A stretch of 64,000 nt of DNA, from positions 1 through 64,000 of the IMG/VR virus record IMGVR_UViG_3300048516_000001; one strand, given 5' to 3'. The notes beneath the pieces are model-generated. The model saw only the letters and a program-made list of their open reading frames with translations, made no database searches and was not told the origin of the DNA. Within the stretch, counting starts at the first letter, position 1. Each line of letters begins with the position of its first letter. The position numbers were made by a program, and so were the translations under genes. This document shows, one piece after another, positions 61,809-64,000 of the stretch. Origin of the DNA: a virus.

Positions 61809-63365
61809 TTATACTATATTTACTACTGTTCCATTTCTCCAAAACGCTCCTGAAGGCAATCCGGCGCTAGATGTTGGGAGTCCAGAGCAAACTATGCTTC
61901 CTGCAATTCCTACCCCCCCAGAGACTGCCAGCGCCCCCGTTGTTGATGATGTTGATGCTGTGGTATTGCTTAGAGTTACAATCCCAGTTAAGGCAGTATT
62001 TCCAGTGATTATGCTCACCTCAAAAAGAGATGCTTCAAAACCCCCAAAAGCAGTAGCTCTTCGCTGAATTTGTAGATTCCCCCCATCTAATACAATATAA
62101 GCACCTTTAGGAGTAGTAGCATCAGTCTCATCTAACCAAACCCCAGGGAAAGTGGATTGAAGGCGTATCCTACTTGCAGTAAAAGTTTTAATTCCGCTAA
62201 TATTCTGATCGCTAGTTAAGTCTACAAAATTCTGAGTAGCGCTATTTGTCCCCCCATTGGAAATGGGTAAAACTCCACTTATATGAGTAGTTAGCCCAAC
62301 TTTCCCATAACTAGGCGCAACTCCAACCCCGCCAGAGATTAAAGTATTTCCAGTGGCTACATTAGCTAATTTGGAAAGAGCGGTAGTCGTACTAGCAAAC
62401 AGTACGTCTCCAACGGTATAAACCGATTGCCCAGTTCCTCCTAAAGTTACAGGTAAAATATTAATAACATCAGTTGTTAGGCTGACTTGAGACAATGTTA
62501 CATTAGTCCCGTCGCTTCTCAGGACTCTATTGCCTACTTGAGTTCCCGATAAAGTGTTTAAGGCTGTCTGCTTATTAGATAAGTTAACTAAATTTCCAGC
62601 ACTATTTAAAAGTATCTGCGTAACGTTTAAACTATCTTTGTACTCTAGATTGTTAACGTTCCTCCAAACAGTACCTACAGAAGTTCCGGCAGCGCTAGGT
62701 ATAACTAAATTCCCAGTAAAAGTAGGACTAGCTAAATTAGCTTTTAAATTAAGTGCGGTTTGAGTAGCGCTCGAAATAGGTTTACCAGCGTCGGAAGTAT
62801 TGTCTACACTGCCAAGCCCTAAATTTGCGGCAGTCAGAGTAATGTTACTTGACCCGTTAAAAAGAACACCGTTGATATTTCTTCCAGGTGTTAGAGTTGC
62901 CGCGCTTGCAACAGACTTGCTTGCATCTGCTGTATTATTTACACTGCCTAATCCGAGCGTAACCCTCCCTGCTGCACTGTCAGCGTCATCAATTAAGGTT
63001 TCTCCAAAGGCACTGAGAGTAGCCGTGCTCGCAATGTTCCCATCTTTTTTAATCAGGCCGTTGGTGCTTAAATTCGCAATAGAACCCAGAATACCTACAA
63101 TCTGAGATACGTCTAATTTAAGGCTTTGAATGCAGCGTCCCGGACTCCCCGGAATTACCGAATCCGGTCGCACGACAGAGATTTCGTCAGGTGCGACTAC
63201 TGACGCTGGTTGCCAGACCCAAACTTCGATATTGTTTGTTGAAACATTTGGAACTACAAACCACACACCTGCGGGGTCAGCGCTACCAAAGTTTATAGCC
63301 TTTAGAGCGGGTAAGCCTGTGAGAAAATTAGCAGTAGTAAAAGCCCTACCTGTGTCAGTGGGCAT
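61809..63365 (-). CDS. Tail fibre protein
   Basis: 518 aa, Gly/Ser/Thr/Asn-rich, with repeated LGLGSV(N/D)NT(A/S)DA(S/G)K..S.A motifs typical of phage fibres. Confidence 0.65.
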   Translation of the reverse strand: MPTDTGRAFTTANFLTGLPALKAINFGSADPAGVWFVVPNVSTNNIEVWVWQPASVVAPDEISVVRPDSVIPGSPGRCIQSLKLDVSQIVGILGSIANLSTNGLIKKDGNIASTATLSAFGETLIDDADSAAGRVTLGLGSVNNTADASKSVASAATLTPGRNINGVLFNGSSNITLTAANLGLGSVDNTSDAGKPISSATQTALNLKANLASPTFTGNLVIPSAAGTSVGTVWRNVNNLEYKDSLNVTQILLNSAGNLVNLSNKQTALNTLSGTQVGNRVLRSDGTNVTLSQVSLTTDVINILPVTLGGTGQSVYTVGDVLFASTTTALSKLANVATGNTLISGGVGVAPSYGKVGLTTHISGVLPISNGGTNSATQNFVDLTSDQNISGIKTFTASRIRLQSTFPGVWLDETDATTPKGAYIVLDGGNLQIQRRATAFGGFEASLFEVSIITGNTALTGIVTLSNTTASTSSTTGALAVSGGVGIAGSIVCSGLPTSSAGLPSGAFWRNGTVVNIV

Positions 63366-63406
63366 GAATATTAATTATGAATAGTTCAAAGTTAATGTCA
63401 CCAAAA

Positions 63407-64000
63407 CTACTCGTAAATTTTGTCAAGGATATATTCAATCTCTTGCTGCTGAAATACTTTCTTGTATTTAGGAATTGCGGGTGCTTCAATATCTCTGTCA
63501 ATACCCTGATGCCACGGCACTCCTCCCCCTAGGTTTAAAGCTTGGAACTTGTAATCAGTGAGCATGACAGGGCTGTAGTCAATGCCGATAAAATTACAGC
63601 ACTCAGTCAATACCTCGACTTTGTGGGAGATTAGTCGTTCGTATTCAACCATCAAATGATTCTTGTTCTCAGCGTACTTTTCGGTGATTTTGATAGAATC
63701 TTTCCATCTCTGTATACAATGATTTAACGTCCACTGTCCGCCCCATAGTTGATTTTCGGTCATATGGGTAGCTTCCCACAAAGATGCAATTGTATCTAAC
63801 CCGTTTCTAGTGATATGAATGAATTTTGCGTTAGGAACGAATGTTTGAATTTCAGGAATAAAAAATATATGTTCGGGTGTCTTTTCTACCCAGATATTTT
63901 TCTCGTTCTCAATTGTCAATCCATCCAAAACGCCGATAAACCATGTTATCTTCTCTTCAGTTGTCTGACATTCTCTAAAAGGTTCTAGCAACTCTGGACG
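63407..64000 (-). CDS. Sulfotransferase-family protein (N-terminus beyond the right edge)
   Basis: EKTPEHIFFIPEIQTFVPNAKFIHITRNGLDTIASL ... VEYERLISHKVEVLTECCNFIG fits the sulfotransferase pattern. The open frame continues to the window end. Confidence 0.55.
   Translation of the reverse strand, partial: RPELLEPFRECQTTEEKITWFIGVLDGLTIENEKNIWVEKTPEHIFFIPEIQTFVPNAKFIHITRNGLDTIASLWEATHMTENQLWGGQWTLNHCIQRWKDSIKITEKYAENKNHLMVEYERLISHKVEVLTECCNFIGIDYSPVMLTDYKFQALNLGGGVPWHQGIDRDIEAPAIPKYKKVFQQQEIEYILDKIYE

Noticed and set aside
61809-63365. Diversity-generating retroelement acting on the tail fibre
   Set aside because: No RT gene lies nearby. The only RT is the group II intron ORF at the far left. 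I saw no template/variable repeat pair around the fibre C-terminus.

Overview
The window reads as a tailed-phage or phage-plasmid-like replicon, about 42% GC by eye. The host is probably a filamentous cyanobacterium; that is my inference from the CRISPR repeat type, a CyRepA-like replicase and zinc-finger-less TnpB proteins, and it cannot be verified here.

Layout:
- 1-738: 5' part of a group II intron on the minus strand, running off the left edge.
- 754-8724: tightly packed minus-strand block of 14 genes. It includes many membrane proteins, a TM-anchored P-loop (FtsK/TcpA-like) ATPase, a T5orf172 protein and a CAP-domain protein.
- 8.9-17.8 kb: RHH protein, lipoprotein, small early genes, KilA-N, a 1120-aa TOPRIM+helicase replicase and Bro-N.
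- 17.8-23.8 kb: hotspot of RNA-guided elements. It holds a cas-less 6-repeat CRISPR array with its own promoter, a truncated tnpB-like ORF abutting the array, an intact IscB element with room for its omega-RNA, and an IS200/IS605 element (tnpA plus a frameshifted tnpB).
- 24-27 kb and 44.8-61.2 kb: plus-strand early genes driven by two families of repeated sigma70-like promoters. Products include a C5-methyltransferase, ParB-like, Rieske-like, RusA-like and XRE-like proteins.
- 27.1-42.1 kb: lysis, head and packaging genes (cysteine peptidase, major capsid, scaffold, portal, SPP1-gp7/MuF-like protein, sigma factor, TerL, TerS).
- 42.1-43.9 kb: a second, tnpB-only IS plus a solo right-end remnant.
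- 61.2-64 kb: tail fibre and a partial sulfotransferase.

No cas genes, integrase, tape-measure protein, tRNA or rRNA were recognised.

Most notable:
- The CRISPR/TnpB/IscB cluster sits on a phage-like element.
- An 83-bp perfect inverted repeat shows that the IscB and TnpB elements share one transposon end.
- The membrane/ATPase operon is uncharacterised.

All functional calls come from motif recognition by eye; no database search was possible.
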